64,000 nucleotides of DNA from Candidatus Saccharimonadales bacterium (GTDB lineage Bacteria; Patescibacteriota; Saccharimonadia; Saccharimonadales; UBA10212): positions 10,736 to 74,735 of the forward strand of contig DATCIS010000019.1 of assembly GCA_036507655.1 (NCBI GenBank), written 5' to 3'. The translations under genes and the position numbers were made by a program. This document shows positions 1-8,691 of the stretch, in pieces. The notes below the pieces were generated by a model, which saw only the letters and a list, made by a program, of their open reading frames with translations, had not been told where the DNA came from and did no database searches. Numbering within the stretch: the stretch's first letter is position 1; each line of letters begins with the position of its first letter.

Positions 1-341
1 TCATCGGCAATATTATTGGCGATCTGCAGCAGAAGCGTACTTTTGCCCATTCCCGGCTGTCCGGCCAACAGATTAACGCTACCGGCCACCAGCCCACCAC
101 CCAAAACATCATCAACATCGACACTTTTGGTAGAAATTCTCTTTGTCCTGGTAATCGCTGCCTGAGCAACCGACTCAATATTAAGCCGTTTGCCGCTCGT
201 GCCAGCGGTAGATGTGCTAACCTCGATTTGCTCTTGGAGCGTATTCCACTCGCTACAAACACGGCAACGGCCGGTCCAGGTGGTACTTAGGGCGCCACAA
301 TTACTACAAACATACCTAACCCCCAAAGACCTTTTCGCCAT
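1..341 (-). CDS. radA: DNA repair protein RadA/Sms, N-terminal part (gene runs off the window start)
   Basis: Minus-strand translation from ATG at 341-339 gives MAKRSLGVRYVCSNCGALSTTWTGRCRVCSEWNTL (C4 zinc ribbon), then Walker A LLAGQPGMGKSTLLLQIANNIAD; absent from ORF track because no stop lies inside the window. Confidence 0.75.
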   Translation of the reverse strand, partial: MAKRSLGVRYVCSNCGALSTTWTGRCRVCSEWNTLQEQIEVSTSTAGTSGKRLNIESVAQAAITRTKRISTKSVDVDDVLGGGLVAGSVNLLAGQPGMGKSTLLLQIANNIAD

Positions 342-358
342 AGCAACAGTTTAGCAGA

Positions 359-1342
359 CTAATTTGCAGACTGCGGTGAAAGACTGGTATCAAGAGACTC
401 GTATAAACTACTTAATTCGGCGGCTAATTCGTTATGGAGCGCAACCAATCTGTTATATTCGGCAATATCGCTTTTTAGTTGGATAATACCGGCATTATAG
501 TCGTTTACTGCCGCGTTAAAAGCCGTCACGGCAGCATTATATTCATTGACTCGCCCAGACACCCGCAGGCTATTCAGATGCCTTCTATCGGCTTCAAGCT
601 GGTCGAGTTGGCTGCTCAAGGCCTGCTCTTGGTTGTCTATCTTGTCCTTCAGAGTAGCCAGTTGCTGCTCGTAATCCTTGATCTTAGCTATGCGACTGGA
701 GAATTCGTCAGCATATTTACTGGCAAAAGCTACAACCGCCGAGCGGTTAGTGAAATAGCGCTGGTAATATGTCTCAAGCTCGGTATTTAGCACGCCTATC
801 TCAGTTGCAAAGATTGAATGCATCTCATTTAGTAGTTCGTCTGGTTCGGTCTGTTTATAGGTATCGATGGTCTCGAGAACTCTTTTATCATTAAGGTTGT
901 TGGTATAAAAATCATTCAAGAGCCCGTTAATACGTTGCTTCTCGCTCTGATTAAGGCGATCGTAAGCAGCGTGCAGCATTTCATGTGCCGCGGTGACCTC
1001 GACCACGCCGCTGAGCCTCGTGTCCTGAACGTTATAGATATAAATCACGCTGCTAAAGCTTGAGTGGTAACAACCAAGCACAATCGTTCGCTCAAAGCTC
1101 GGACAGGCTTGACGGAAAGCGGCGGCTTCTTCGATTAAATCAGGATGAGTGACATAAAATATGTGCTCGGCATCATCTGTCATAGTATCAGCTTTGGCAA
1201 TAGCCGTTATTTCTGGTGGCGGGGTGTAATTTCTGAGCCTCAGCCAATCCTCTATGGCCTGCAGATTAAACAGGCCAAATATCAGAAGCGCTAAGACTAC
1301 CAGGCTTGTTAACCCTACAAATACCCGCCTGAATCCGCTCAT
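359..1342 (-). CDS. membrane-anchored hypothetical protein with HExxH motif (HEMLH) and C-terminal coiled coil; possible zinc metallopeptidase
   Basis: N-terminal hydrophobic helix VFVGLTSLVVLALLIFGLF; TAAHEMLHAAYDRL HExxH motif; heptad-like Q/L/E-rich C-terminal third. Confidence 0.5.
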   Translation of the reverse strand: MSGFRRVFVGLTSLVVLALLIFGLFNLQAIEDWLRLRNYTPPPEITAIAKADTMTDDAEHIFYVTHPDLIEEAAAFRQACPSFERTIVLGCYHSSFSSVIYIYNVQDTRLSGVVEVTAAHEMLHAAYDRLNQSEKQRINGLLNDFYTNNLNDKRVLETIDTYKQTEPDELLNEMHSIFATEIGVLNTELETYYQRYFTNRSAVVAFASKYADEFSSRIAKIKDYEQQLATLKDKIDNQEQALSSQLDQLEADRRHLNSLRVSGRVNEYNAAVTAFNAAVNDYNAGIIQLKSDIAEYNRLVALHNELAAELSSLYESLDTSLSPQSAN

Positions 1343-1421
1343 GATTGTCCTACTAGTATATCAATGTCAGAGCCAGCCATTTCTTTGGCGACGCGGCCGG
1401 AGAAAGACCAATGGCGAGCGA

Positions 1422-3917
1422 CTATTCATTCTTGGATGAATAAGCCAGCTCAGGTTCTTTTCGCTTCTGTGATTTCTTAACCGCTACAGATACAACGTCA
1501 CCCTTGTGGAAAGTATCCTCCAACAGGCCGGCAGCAATCGCGTCTTCCAGAGTTTCCTGTAGCAAACGGCGCATCGGCCGGGCACCGTTATGCGCGTCGT
1601 AGCCTTTCTCAAGCAGATAGTCTTTGGCTGTTTTATTCACCTGCAGGCCGATGCCTTTTTTGACAAGACGGCTGCGTAGATCGTCAAGCTGTAAGTCTAA
1701 AATCCTCAAAGCGTCTTTCTTGGTTAGGGCGCGGAAGACGATTATCTTATCGATACGGTTCAGTAGTTCAGGCCTCATCATTCTTTTAATCTCGTCCAGG
1801 ACTTTTGTCTTGTTAGCGTCGTGCAGCTCATCAAGATTGTCCAGATCAGCAGCGCTAATAGCCGAGAAGCCAAAACTGGCCTCTTTTTGCAGTTTTTCGG
1901 CGCCGAGGTTACTGGTCATGATAATGATTGTATTCGTAAAGTCGATCTTACGGCCTTTGGCATCACTTAAAACACCGTCTTCAAGGATTTGCAGTAGAAT
2001 ATTGAAGACTTCCGGGTGGGCCTTCTCGATTTCGTCGAACAGCACTACGCTGTATGGCTGATGACGGATTTTATCCGTCAGCCGGCCGCCGTCGTCATAA
2101 CCTACGTACCCGGCCGGTGCGCCGACTAACCTGGCAACCGTGTGATGCTCACTAAATTCACTCATGTCGATTTTGACCAGCGTTTCTTCCGAACCGAAGA
2201 ACTCGCGGGCCAGCACACGGGCTAATTCTGTCTTGCCAACACCCGTCGGGCCAAGAAAAATAAATGAACCAATCGGCCTTTTTTCAGACGAGATACCGCT
2301 GCGTGAGCGGCGGACGGCCCGGGCTACGGTAGACACCGCTTCATCTTGGCCGATGATGTGCTTGCTCAAATTCTTCTCTAAACTAACAAGATACTTCGCC
2401 TCGGCGCGAATCACCTTGGTTACCGGAACACCTGTCATCCGTGATACGGTTTCAGCCACATCATCTGCGGACAAAGTTATCGGTTTACCAGCTTTGTGTG
2501 TCTTCTCAAGCTCTTTCATCTTTTCGTTAAGTTGGCTGGCAATCTGCTTTTCGCGCGCCGCTTTTTCATAATCTTCGGCATCAACCGCGTCTTCAATTCG
2601 TCCATTGACCAGTTTAAGTTCTTTTTGCAGCTGCCGCAGCTCGGGCGGAGTCTTACCCTTGTTTACTCGCAGGTAGGCGGCTGTTTCATCCAGCAAATCG
2701 ATAGCCTTATCCGGCATATAGCGGTCATTAATGTAACGGCGAGCGAATTGGACGGTGTCATCCAGCACTTCGTCATCAACCTTGACGCCGTGGAATTCCT
2801 CGTAGTATTTGCGCAAGCCCTTCAGAATAGCCAAAGTCTCAGACGGAGTGGCTTCAGGCACTTGGACCGGCTGGAAACGGCGTTCCAAGGCCGCATCTTT
2901 TTCGACGTGGCGGGTATATTCATCGGTAGTTGTTGCACCAACTAAGCGGATTTTGCCACGAGCCAGGCTCGGTTTGAGTATGTTGCCGGCATCCATTGAG
3001 CCTTCGGCAGCGCCGGCACCGACGATTAGGTGTAGCTCGTCAACGAAAACGATGGTTTCTTTGTCATTCTCGAGCTCGGCGATGACTTTCTTGAGACGGT
3101 CTTCGAACTCTCCGCGGTACTTAGTACCGGCAATCATACCGGCCAAGTCCAATGTAATAATTCGCTTGTTTAACAGGCTATCGGGCACTTCTTCATTGAT
3201 GATGCGTTGGGCAATACCCTCAACGATGGCTGTCTTTCCAACGCCAGGTTCGCCGATGAGCACCGGATTATTCTTGGTGCGGCGGTTCAGAATGGTAATT
3301 ACACGGCGGATTTGGGCTTCACGGCCGACTACTGGGTCTAGTTTGTTTTTACGCGCCAAATCGGTCATATCAGTGCCAAAGAATTCGAGTGTAGTTCTTC
3401 GCCCGCTTTTGCCCCGCCGGCGACCGGTGGCTCCGGATCTGTCATCTTCGTATTGCTGACGGTTAAGAAACTGTTCGACTTCGCCGCTCAGACGGTCGAT
3501 ATCCACCCCCATATCGCGCAGTAGAGTGGTAGCCCGGGCGTTCTTCTGGCTCAAAATGCTGTACAAGATGTGTTCTGTACCGCAGTAATCCTGATTAAAT
3601 TCCTGGGCGATTTCCCAAGCCATCTTCAAAGTTAACTTGGCGGTTTCGGATAGACCTTTACCGCCCATGTTAATAACTAGAGTCTTTGGTGTCAGATTAA
3701 GAGCCAAGCGCGCTCTGTCTAAATTAACGCCAACTCCTTCTAAAATTTTCGAACCCATTGAGCCCTCCTGGGCTAATACTCCTAGCAGCAGATGCTCGGT
3801 GCCAATGTAAGCGCTGCCCGATGCCCGGGCAATGGCGTCAGCGTGTTTTAATGAATGCAACGCGTTATTAGTCAAATGGCTTAAAAATTCTTGAAAATCC
3901 GGTGAATTTGGAATCAT
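1422..3917 (-). CDS. clpC: ATP-dependent Clp protease ATP-binding subunit ClpC (two AAA+ modules, Clp_N repeats, UVR-like linker)
   Basis: 831 aa; Walker A GEPGVGKTAI and GPTGVGKTEL, Walker B FVDELH and LFDEIEKA, sensor GARPMRR, N-terminal Clp_N repeat pair; TAG stop. Confidence 0.92.
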   Translation of the reverse strand: MIPNSPDFQEFLSHLTNNALHSLKHADAIARASGSAYIGTEHLLLGVLAQEGSMGSKILEGVGVNLDRARLALNLTPKTLVINMGGKGLSETAKLTLKMAWEIAQEFNQDYCGTEHILYSILSQKNARATTLLRDMGVDIDRLSGEVEQFLNRQQYEDDRSGATGRRRGKSGRRTTLEFFGTDMTDLARKNKLDPVVGREAQIRRVITILNRRTKNNPVLIGEPGVGKTAIVEGIAQRIINEEVPDSLLNKRIITLDLAGMIAGTKYRGEFEDRLKKVIAELENDKETIVFVDELHLIVGAGAAEGSMDAGNILKPSLARGKIRLVGATTTDEYTRHVEKDAALERRFQPVQVPEATPSETLAILKGLRKYYEEFHGVKVDDEVLDDTVQFARRYINDRYMPDKAIDLLDETAAYLRVNKGKTPPELRQLQKELKLVNGRIEDAVDAEDYEKAAREKQIASQLNEKMKELEKTHKAGKPITLSADDVAETVSRMTGVPVTKVIRAEAKYLVSLEKNLSKHIIGQDEAVSTVARAVRRSRSGISSEKRPIGSFIFLGPTGVGKTELARVLAREFFGSEETLVKIDMSEFSEHHTVARLVGAPAGYVGYDDGGRLTDKIRHQPYSVVLFDEIEKAHPEVFNILLQILEDGVLSDAKGRKIDFTNTIIIMTSNLGAEKLQKEASFGFSAISAADLDNLDELHDANKTKVLDEIKRMMRPELLNRIDKIIVFRALTKKDALRILDLQLDDLRSRLVKKGIGLQVNKTAKDYLLEKGYDAHNGARPMRRLLQETLEDAIAAGLLEDTFHKGDVVSVAVKKSQKRKEPELAYSSKNE

Positions 3918-3940
3918 AAATAAATTTTACTCCGTAAAAT

Positions 3941-3995
3941 TTAGCTGTTAGCCGATAGCCGTTAGCTAATAGCTAGCAGCTAATCGCTAATAGAT
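3941..3995. repeat. TAGC-rich low-complexity tract containing GCCGTTAGCT and AGCCGATAGCCG motifs
   Basis: ttagctgttagccgatagccgttagctaatagctagcagctaatcgctaatag; the same 10- and 12-mers recur at 10900-10924 and inside gatA at 19421-19452. Confidence 0.5.
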
Positions 3996-4008
3996 ATTGT
4001 AGCACAAA

Positions 4009-4035
4009 TTAGCACTCGTCAAGTTAGAGTGCTAA
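4009..4035. promoter_or_regulatory. CIRCE element (HrcA operator), perfect match TTAGCACTC-N9-GAGTGCTAA
   Basis: ttagcactc gtcaagtta gagtgctaa read directly; 92 nt upstream of the clpC ATG (minus) and 49 nt upstream of the 4084 ORF start (plus). Confidence 0.8.
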
Positions 4036-4083
4036 CTTGGGCTTATGCTTGCTATATCTCGGGTCGAGACTGATAATTGAGAT

Positions 4084-4557
4084 GTGAATTCAGGCGAAGT
4101 TTCAAGAGGTATCCCCGAAGCTGAAAAAGCAGCGGCTTATGATTTCTGTGAGTATATTAGGCACGCAGCCGAGCTAACCGAACAGGCAAAACGGCTTGAA
4201 TTGATAGCCCAAAGAGCCGGGTCAAATGTCATACAGAAAAGTATGTTTGGTAATTTACCTTTTGTGCTCAGTATTGATATCCCGTCAAGTACGGAGGCTT
4301 TCACCGTCCGAGATGATGATGTTATTGAGGAGCAACCGGCGGGTTTCGTGGCTACTGAAATACGGAGCGTCAGCGAGCATGGTGTTGAGTTTTATAATCG
4401 CAACACTGAAATCTGGCTTAAATTAAAGGGTTTTGAATTCGAAGTCTTTCCGGTTTTCGACGAACAGCAACCTGACACAGGGGGAATGGCCGAAGATTTA
4501 CTGGATGCAGCCCGAGAATCTAGTAAAGGTCTTGACCACTCCGACGACCTTGCCTAA
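4084..4557 (+). CDS. hypothetical protein (acidic C-terminus); GTG start as called, true start uncertain
   Basis: 157-aa ORF with no recognisable motif; no clear Shine-Dalgarno; sits immediately downstream of the CIRCE element. Confidence 0.35.
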   Translation: MNSGEVSRGIPEAEKAAAYDFCEYIRHAAELTEQAKRLELIAQRAGSNVIQKSMFGNLPFVLSIDIPSSTEAFTVRDDDVIEEQPAGFVATEIRSVSEHGVEFYNRNTEIWLKLKGFEFEVFPVFDEQQPDTGGMAEDLLDAARESSKGLDHSDDLA

Positions 4558-5795
4558 TCCTGTGTCTCTTTTTCGTCTTTTACTTCTTTTTTCTGTTTAC
4601 TGTCACCTGTAACCTGTCCGCTACCCTCGGTGCCGTGTTCTTCGATGGCCTCGAGCAGGGAGCTTTCCATATCGGTCTTCTTTTTTACTTGCTGGACAAC
4701 TGGCTTGGATTCAACTCCCGGTTGGATTTCCTCGGGCTTTTCTCTAACACCCTCGGCTTTCTCGGCCTCGACATCCAGCTCGTAGCCAGTCAACTTACCG
4801 GCTAATCGGACATTTTGGCCAGCTTTACCAATAGCTACACTAAGTTGGTCTTCCGGCACAATTACTGTGGCTTTCCGGCTTTTTTCATCGACTTTTACAC
4901 GCGTCACATTGGCCGGTTTCATAGCATTAGCAATAAATGTCGCTAAATCATCATCCCAAACGACAATATCTATCATCTCCTGGCTGCCGATTTCATCACG
5001 CACGGCATTGATACGGGTACCATGCCCGCCAACGAAAGTACCCACTGGGTCAATCCCCGGCACGTTACTGGAGACGGCGATTTTGGAACGGATTCCGGCT
5101 TCTCGGGCAATGGCTTTAATTTCGACAGCATCGCCACCCATCTCTGGCACCTCGGCGCGGAAAAGCTGTTCAACAAACTCTTTAGCCCCACGGCTAACAA
5201 TCAACTGCGGGCCACGGACGCTTTTCTCGACCTCTTTCAGATAAAACTTCAGGCGTTGGCCGGGGTGATAATGCTCACCCTGAATCTGATCGCTGATTGG
5301 CATAATACCCTGACCACGGCCAAGCTCAACCCTTATCAATCGGCCCTCAACCCGGCTGACTATGCCGTTAACAACTGTGCCGACTTTATCTTCAAACTCG
5401 CTCAAAACAATCTCGCGTTCGGCTTCGCGCAATCGCTGTAAAATAACTTGCTTGGCTGTCTGGGCCGCTACGCGGCCAAACTCTTTGACATTTTGAATCA
5501 TCTCCACTGTCTCACCGACTTTGGCGTTTTTACGCACGGCTTGGGCTTCAGCCAAGCTAATCTGCATATTAGGGTCTTCAACATTCTCAACCACCTCTTT
5601 GCTGAGATAAACAGTAACTTCGCCGGTATTTAAATTCATGGTCGCCCGGACTTCCTGGTCGCGGTCGCCGTAATCACGCCGCCAAGCGGCAGCCAAGGCC
5701 TGTTGCACGATATCTTGCACCTGCTCTTCCGGCAGATTTTTCTCTTCGGCAATGACTTTAATTGCCTGGGCCAGTTGTTTGAAATCCATCTCCAT
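4554..5795 (-). CDS. nusA: transcription termination/antitermination factor NusA
   Basis: 413 aa; N-terminal domain, S1 and tandem KH regions (RVKVDEKSRKATVIVPEDQLSVAIGKAGQNVRLAGKLTGYELD), acidic C-terminal tail. Confidence 0.92.
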   Translation of the reverse strand: MEMDFKQLAQAIKVIAEEKNLPEEQVQDIVQQALAAAWRRDYGDRDQEVRATMNLNTGEVTVYLSKEVVENVEDPNMQISLAEAQAVRKNAKVGETVEMIQNVKEFGRVAAQTAKQVILQRLREAEREIVLSEFEDKVGTVVNGIVSRVEGRLIRVELGRGQGIMPISDQIQGEHYHPGQRLKFYLKEVEKSVRGPQLIVSRGAKEFVEQLFRAEVPEMGGDAVEIKAIAREAGIRSKIAVSSNVPGIDPVGTFVGGHGTRINAVRDEIGSQEMIDIVVWDDDLATFIANAMKPANVTRVKVDEKSRKATVIVPEDQLSVAIGKAGQNVRLAGKLTGYELDVEAEKAEGVREKPEEIQPGVESKPVVQQVKKKTDMESSLLEAIEEHGTEGSGQVTGDSKQKKEVKDEKETQD

Positions 5796-5810
5796 TTTTT
5801 ATCTCCTTTC

Positions 5811-5838
5811 AAGAAAAAAGCCGACCTGAATCGGTCGG
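5811..5838 (-). terminator. candidate intrinsic terminator between aminopeptidase gene and nusA
   Basis: Minus strand reads CCGACC-gattca-GGTCGG followed by CTTTTTTCT, then the nusA SD AGGAG. Confidence 0.4.
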
Positions 5839-5879
5839 ACACTCATAGGAGGTTACCACACTATTGCTTCTACATCAAG

Positions 5880-7124
5880 CTAAACCGTAAATTGACCTTT
5901 TTGGTAGATGACTAACTCTTTACCGTTCTCTAAATTTGCGGTAACCGTCCGATCGGTAGTGGAAATCACGTCTGTGTGTGTTACTGAATCGTTAAAACCC
6001 AGCTTTTTTAAGACCGTCTTAGAGACATTAGACGAATGTTTTGAGTAGGTATCTTCGAATGATTTACCAACTGCTATGTGCATATTACCGTAGGGACCGC
6101 CCATGTTTTCGTCGTAGAGCTCTTCAGCCATCGGTTTTGTTATTCGAGATAAACGTTTGTCTGTTAGCGAGAACTCGCCCAGCTGCGATGAGCCTTTGTC
6201 AGTGTTGAGTAATTCCTTAAAGAACTTCTCGTTTCTGGTGGCCGAAACTTTAATAACTCTACCGGCCTTAAAATGAAGTTCTATGCCTTCTACCCTGGGG
6301 CCGTATTTAGCAACCGGATTATTAAATCGTGCCCAACCTTCGGTGCCGCGCCAATCAGGCGATGTGAAAACTTCGAAACTAGGGATATTCCGACCGCCAC
6401 CGCCCAGCCACTTACGATCCTTACCAATATTAATTCGTATGTCTGCGTCCCGACCGACTACGTGAATTTTGATGATTTTCAGGTCTGTTAATTTCTTAGC
6501 GACTCGATTGACCTCGGCGCTGACCTTCTTCCACTTAGCCACCGGATCGGCGTAATCTAAATAACAGGCCTTGATAATCTGGTCCCAATATTCTTTTGGG
6601 CTCAAGCCGGCTTCTTTAGCCATGGCGGGTGTTCCGTTAAGTGCTAACGTCCAGGTGTGTTTTCCGGCGTTTTCTTTTCGGTCTATCCATTCAATGAGCT
6701 TCTTTTTACTTTTTTGCTCTAAAAGCATCTTCTTAGGATCGACTCTGTCCAACTCACGTGTATTATGATCGCCTAGTATCGCTATTCGATGGTCTATATC
6801 AGCTACTAGCCCCTTATAAAAATTTTCCGGGAAGAAGGTTAGTTGCTCGTCAGTCGCATTTTTATACTTATATCGGTCCCAACCGCTCATATCGTCAACT
6901 ATAAGGCTGACGACATGCCCGCCACGATCGAAAACTGCCTTCCGTATCGCCCGGTAAAATGGTAGAGCCGACAGGGGCGTGGTCAAATAAACGAAATCGC
7001 CTTTTTTAATACCTTTGCCACCCCAAAGTGCAAAATTGACCAAAACTTTGGCATACTTCTCAAGAACCTCATCTGACGGCCGGTAACTCATCAGCCAATT
7101 ATACCCCAACTGATGAACTAGCAA
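5880..7124 (-). CDS. aminopeptidase, peptidase family M29 (AmpS/PepS-like); called start is TTG, likely true start is the in-frame ATG 11 codons downstream (MSYRPSDEVLEKYAKVLV)
   Basis: 414 aa with the typical M29 N-terminus (LEKYAKVLVNFAL, GKGIKKGDFVYL) and length; TAG stop. Confidence 0.75.
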   Translation of the reverse strand: MLVHQLGYNWLMSYRPSDEVLEKYAKVLVNFALWGGKGIKKGDFVYLTTPLSALPFYRAIRKAVFDRGGHVVSLIVDDMSGWDRYKYKNATDEQLTFFPENFYKGLVADIDHRIAILGDHNTRELDRVDPKKMLLEQKSKKKLIEWIDRKENAGKHTWTLALNGTPAMAKEAGLSPKEYWDQIIKACYLDYADPVAKWKKVSAEVNRVAKKLTDLKIIKIHVVGRDADIRINIGKDRKWLGGGGRNIPSFEVFTSPDWRGTEGWARFNNPVAKYGPRVEGIELHFKAGRVIKVSATRNEKFFKELLNTDKGSSQLGEFSLTDKRLSRITKPMAEELYDENMGGPYGNMHIAVGKSFEDTYSKHSSNVSKTVLKKLGFNDSVTHTDVISTTDRTVTANLENGKELVIYQKGQFTV

Positions 7125-7139
7125 ACATTTATCCCCCTG

Positions 7140-7177
7140 TACGTTATAACTTTGTTATAACAAAGTTATAACGTACT
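7140..7177. promoter_or_regulatory. 38-bp perfect palindrome carrying three GTTATAAC palindromic sites at 11-bp spacing
   Basis: gtacGTTATAACtttGTTATAACaaaGTTATAACgtac equals its own reverse complement; in the aminopeptidase upstream region / yraN downstream region. Confidence 0.5.
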
Positions 7178-7212
7178 TCAAGGAGAGTGGGCGCAGTGCA
7201 AGTAGAGCCTGC

Positions 7213-7554
7213 TTACTCGACTTCGGTGATTTGGATATTTTCGAAACCGGAGCCGGTGACTTCGGCGACGACAAGTCGGTAGTCTCCTTCCCAGTCGTTC
7301 TGAGCGGCCCAGAAATGGGCAGCGAACTGAAGCTGTCTAAGTTTTTTTGGCGTAATGTATTCAAATCCGGAGCCATGCGACTCAGAGAATCGGTACTTGA
7401 CTTCTATAAAATGGATAGTTTTAGCTTTTTGGACGATGAGGTCTATTTCGCACCATCGTGTCCGCCAGTTTTTAGCCAAAATTTTATAGCCGTTTGCCAC
7501 TAGATATTCGGCCACCGCGGCTTCCGCTTGGCGACCTGTTGTGGTTGTTTTCAT
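7213..7554 (-). CDS. yraN: YraN family (UPF0102) endonuclease-like protein
   Basis: 113 aa; GRQAEAAVAEYLVANGYKILAKNWRTRWCEIDLIV... characteristic UPF0102. Confidence 0.85.
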   Translation of the reverse strand: MKTTTTGRQAEAAVAEYLVANGYKILAKNWRTRWCEIDLIVQKAKTIHFIEVKYRFSESHGSGFEYITPKKLRQLQFAAHFWAAQNDWEGDYRLVVAEVTGSGFENIQITEVE

Positions 7555-8120
7555 CCTGCTTGATTGATCAACTTTGATACCGGAGAGTAAGACGCCCGAT
7601 GCACGAATTTTATTATGCCGAATGAGTTAATGGCTTTTAGGTGCTGGGCCGTACCATAGCCGACATGGTTTTCGAACTTATAAGACGGGTGTCTTTTGGC
7701 AAGCTCAATCATGAAATTATCCCTTGTGACCTTGGCATAAATACTAGCAGCTGAGACGATAGGCACTAAATTGTCAGCATCAACTAGACAACTGGTTTTT
7801 TTAAACTTCTTTGGCATGTAATTTACTTTGCCGTCCATAATAATTTCTTCGTCTTCTTGAGCCTCGATACCATTTAGGGCTCGCTTAATTCCAAGCTTCA
7901 AAGCCTTGGCTAATCCATATCTGTCAATCTCGACTGCTTTTATCCAGCCTTCACCAAACTCACATGTAATACTTAACTTGTTAAGTATTACATCTCTCTG
8001 TTTGCGACTTAATAGCTTTGAATCGCGCAGGCCGTTGGGCAGCTGCTTCTTTGCTCTGGCTGCCACCACTAAAATCGGCCCAGCTAAACAACCTCTACCT
8101 ACCTCGTCTACCCCAACCAT
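7551..8120 (-). CDS. rnhB: ribonuclease HII
   Basis: 189 aa; N-terminal VGVDEVGRGCLAGP catalytic motif; 4-bp overlap with yraN. Confidence 0.9.
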   Translation of the reverse strand: MVGVDEVGRGCLAGPILVVAARAKKQLPNGLRDSKLLSRKQRDVILNKLSITCEFGEGWIKAVEIDRYGLAKALKLGIKRALNGIEAQEDEEIIMDGKVNYMPKKFKKTSCLVDADNLVPIVSAASIYAKVTRDNFMIELAKRHPSYKFENHVGYGTAQHLKAINSFGIIKFVHRASYSPVSKLINQAG

Positions 8121-8220
8121 ATGAAACAGAATATAGAATTTAGAATTAAGAATCTAGGGTGATATCCTTTCAAATTGACTATGCTTGCAAACCATATTCT
8201 TACAAACTACTATTTAACAA

Positions 8221-8691
8221 ATGCCAAGAGTTTCCCAAGAAGAAAGACGTTGGAGCTATTTCGTCGAAATCGAAGACGTCGAAGAGCCGGACATGAAAGA
8301 TTTCGAAAGAGGGAAAAGGCTAGCTGAAGGCCTGGCAAAAATTAGGAACAGTCTTCTTAACGTAGACGATGAACACCTGAACATTAGATGGAGCTCCTTA
8401 AATAGGGCTCGTATCATAGTACTGCCTTCGTTTCCTGTTGAACGCGAAATAGTTAGGTCAGACGGGTTTTATGAATACACCTCTCCTCACGAAATTTCGG
8501 AGTCGGATATTCCTCTTGTAATCAACCATTTCGAGATAGTAAAGCCAAGGCTTGGGGAATCTATTCCTGAGGTCATTCTTATAAATGGCAGCGGTCCAAC
8601 TTATCACACGCCTCAAGGAGGATTCCAAGTTCAGGAACTTTACCGCAGTCTCGACTTATTACCACACAAGGTAGCAATGCAGAAGAGATAG
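8221..8691 (+). CDS. hypothetical protein
   Basis: 156-aa ORF on the opposite strand from its neighbours, convergent with rplS; no recognisable motif. Confidence 0.35.
   Translation: MPRVSQEERRWSYFVEIEDVEEPDMKDFERGKRLAEGLAKIRNSLLNVDDEHLNIRWSSLNRARIIVLPSFPVEREIVRSDGFYEYTSPHEISESDIPLVINHFEIVKPRLGESIPEVILINGSGPTYHTPQGGFQVQELYRSLDLLPHKVAMQKR

Noticed and set aside
1624-3459. Several long antisense ORFs inside clpC (e.g. 2809-3459 plus strand, 216 aa). Similar antisense ORFs lie inside nusA, dnaE, gatA/gatB, uvrB, the RND transporter, pheT, the membrane Clp-like gene and the atp genes.
   Set aside because: They lie entirely within, and opposite to, strongly supported conserved genes. They have Ser/Arg/Pro-rich low-complexity translations typical of antisense frames of GC-moderate coding DNA.
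3941-3995. TAGC-rich tandem-like tracts considered as a possible CRISPR array.
   Set aside because: Units are only 4-12 bp and irregular. There are no 25-40 bp repeats with unique spacers and no cas genes.
5880-7124. My hand count puts the aminopeptidase start codon one nucleotide off from the ORF-track coordinate.
   Set aside because: This is probably a counting slip of mine. Flanking genes (nusA start 5795, yraN stop 7213) match the track exactly, so I kept the track coordinates. Hand-derived coordinates for small features may be off by 1-2 nt.
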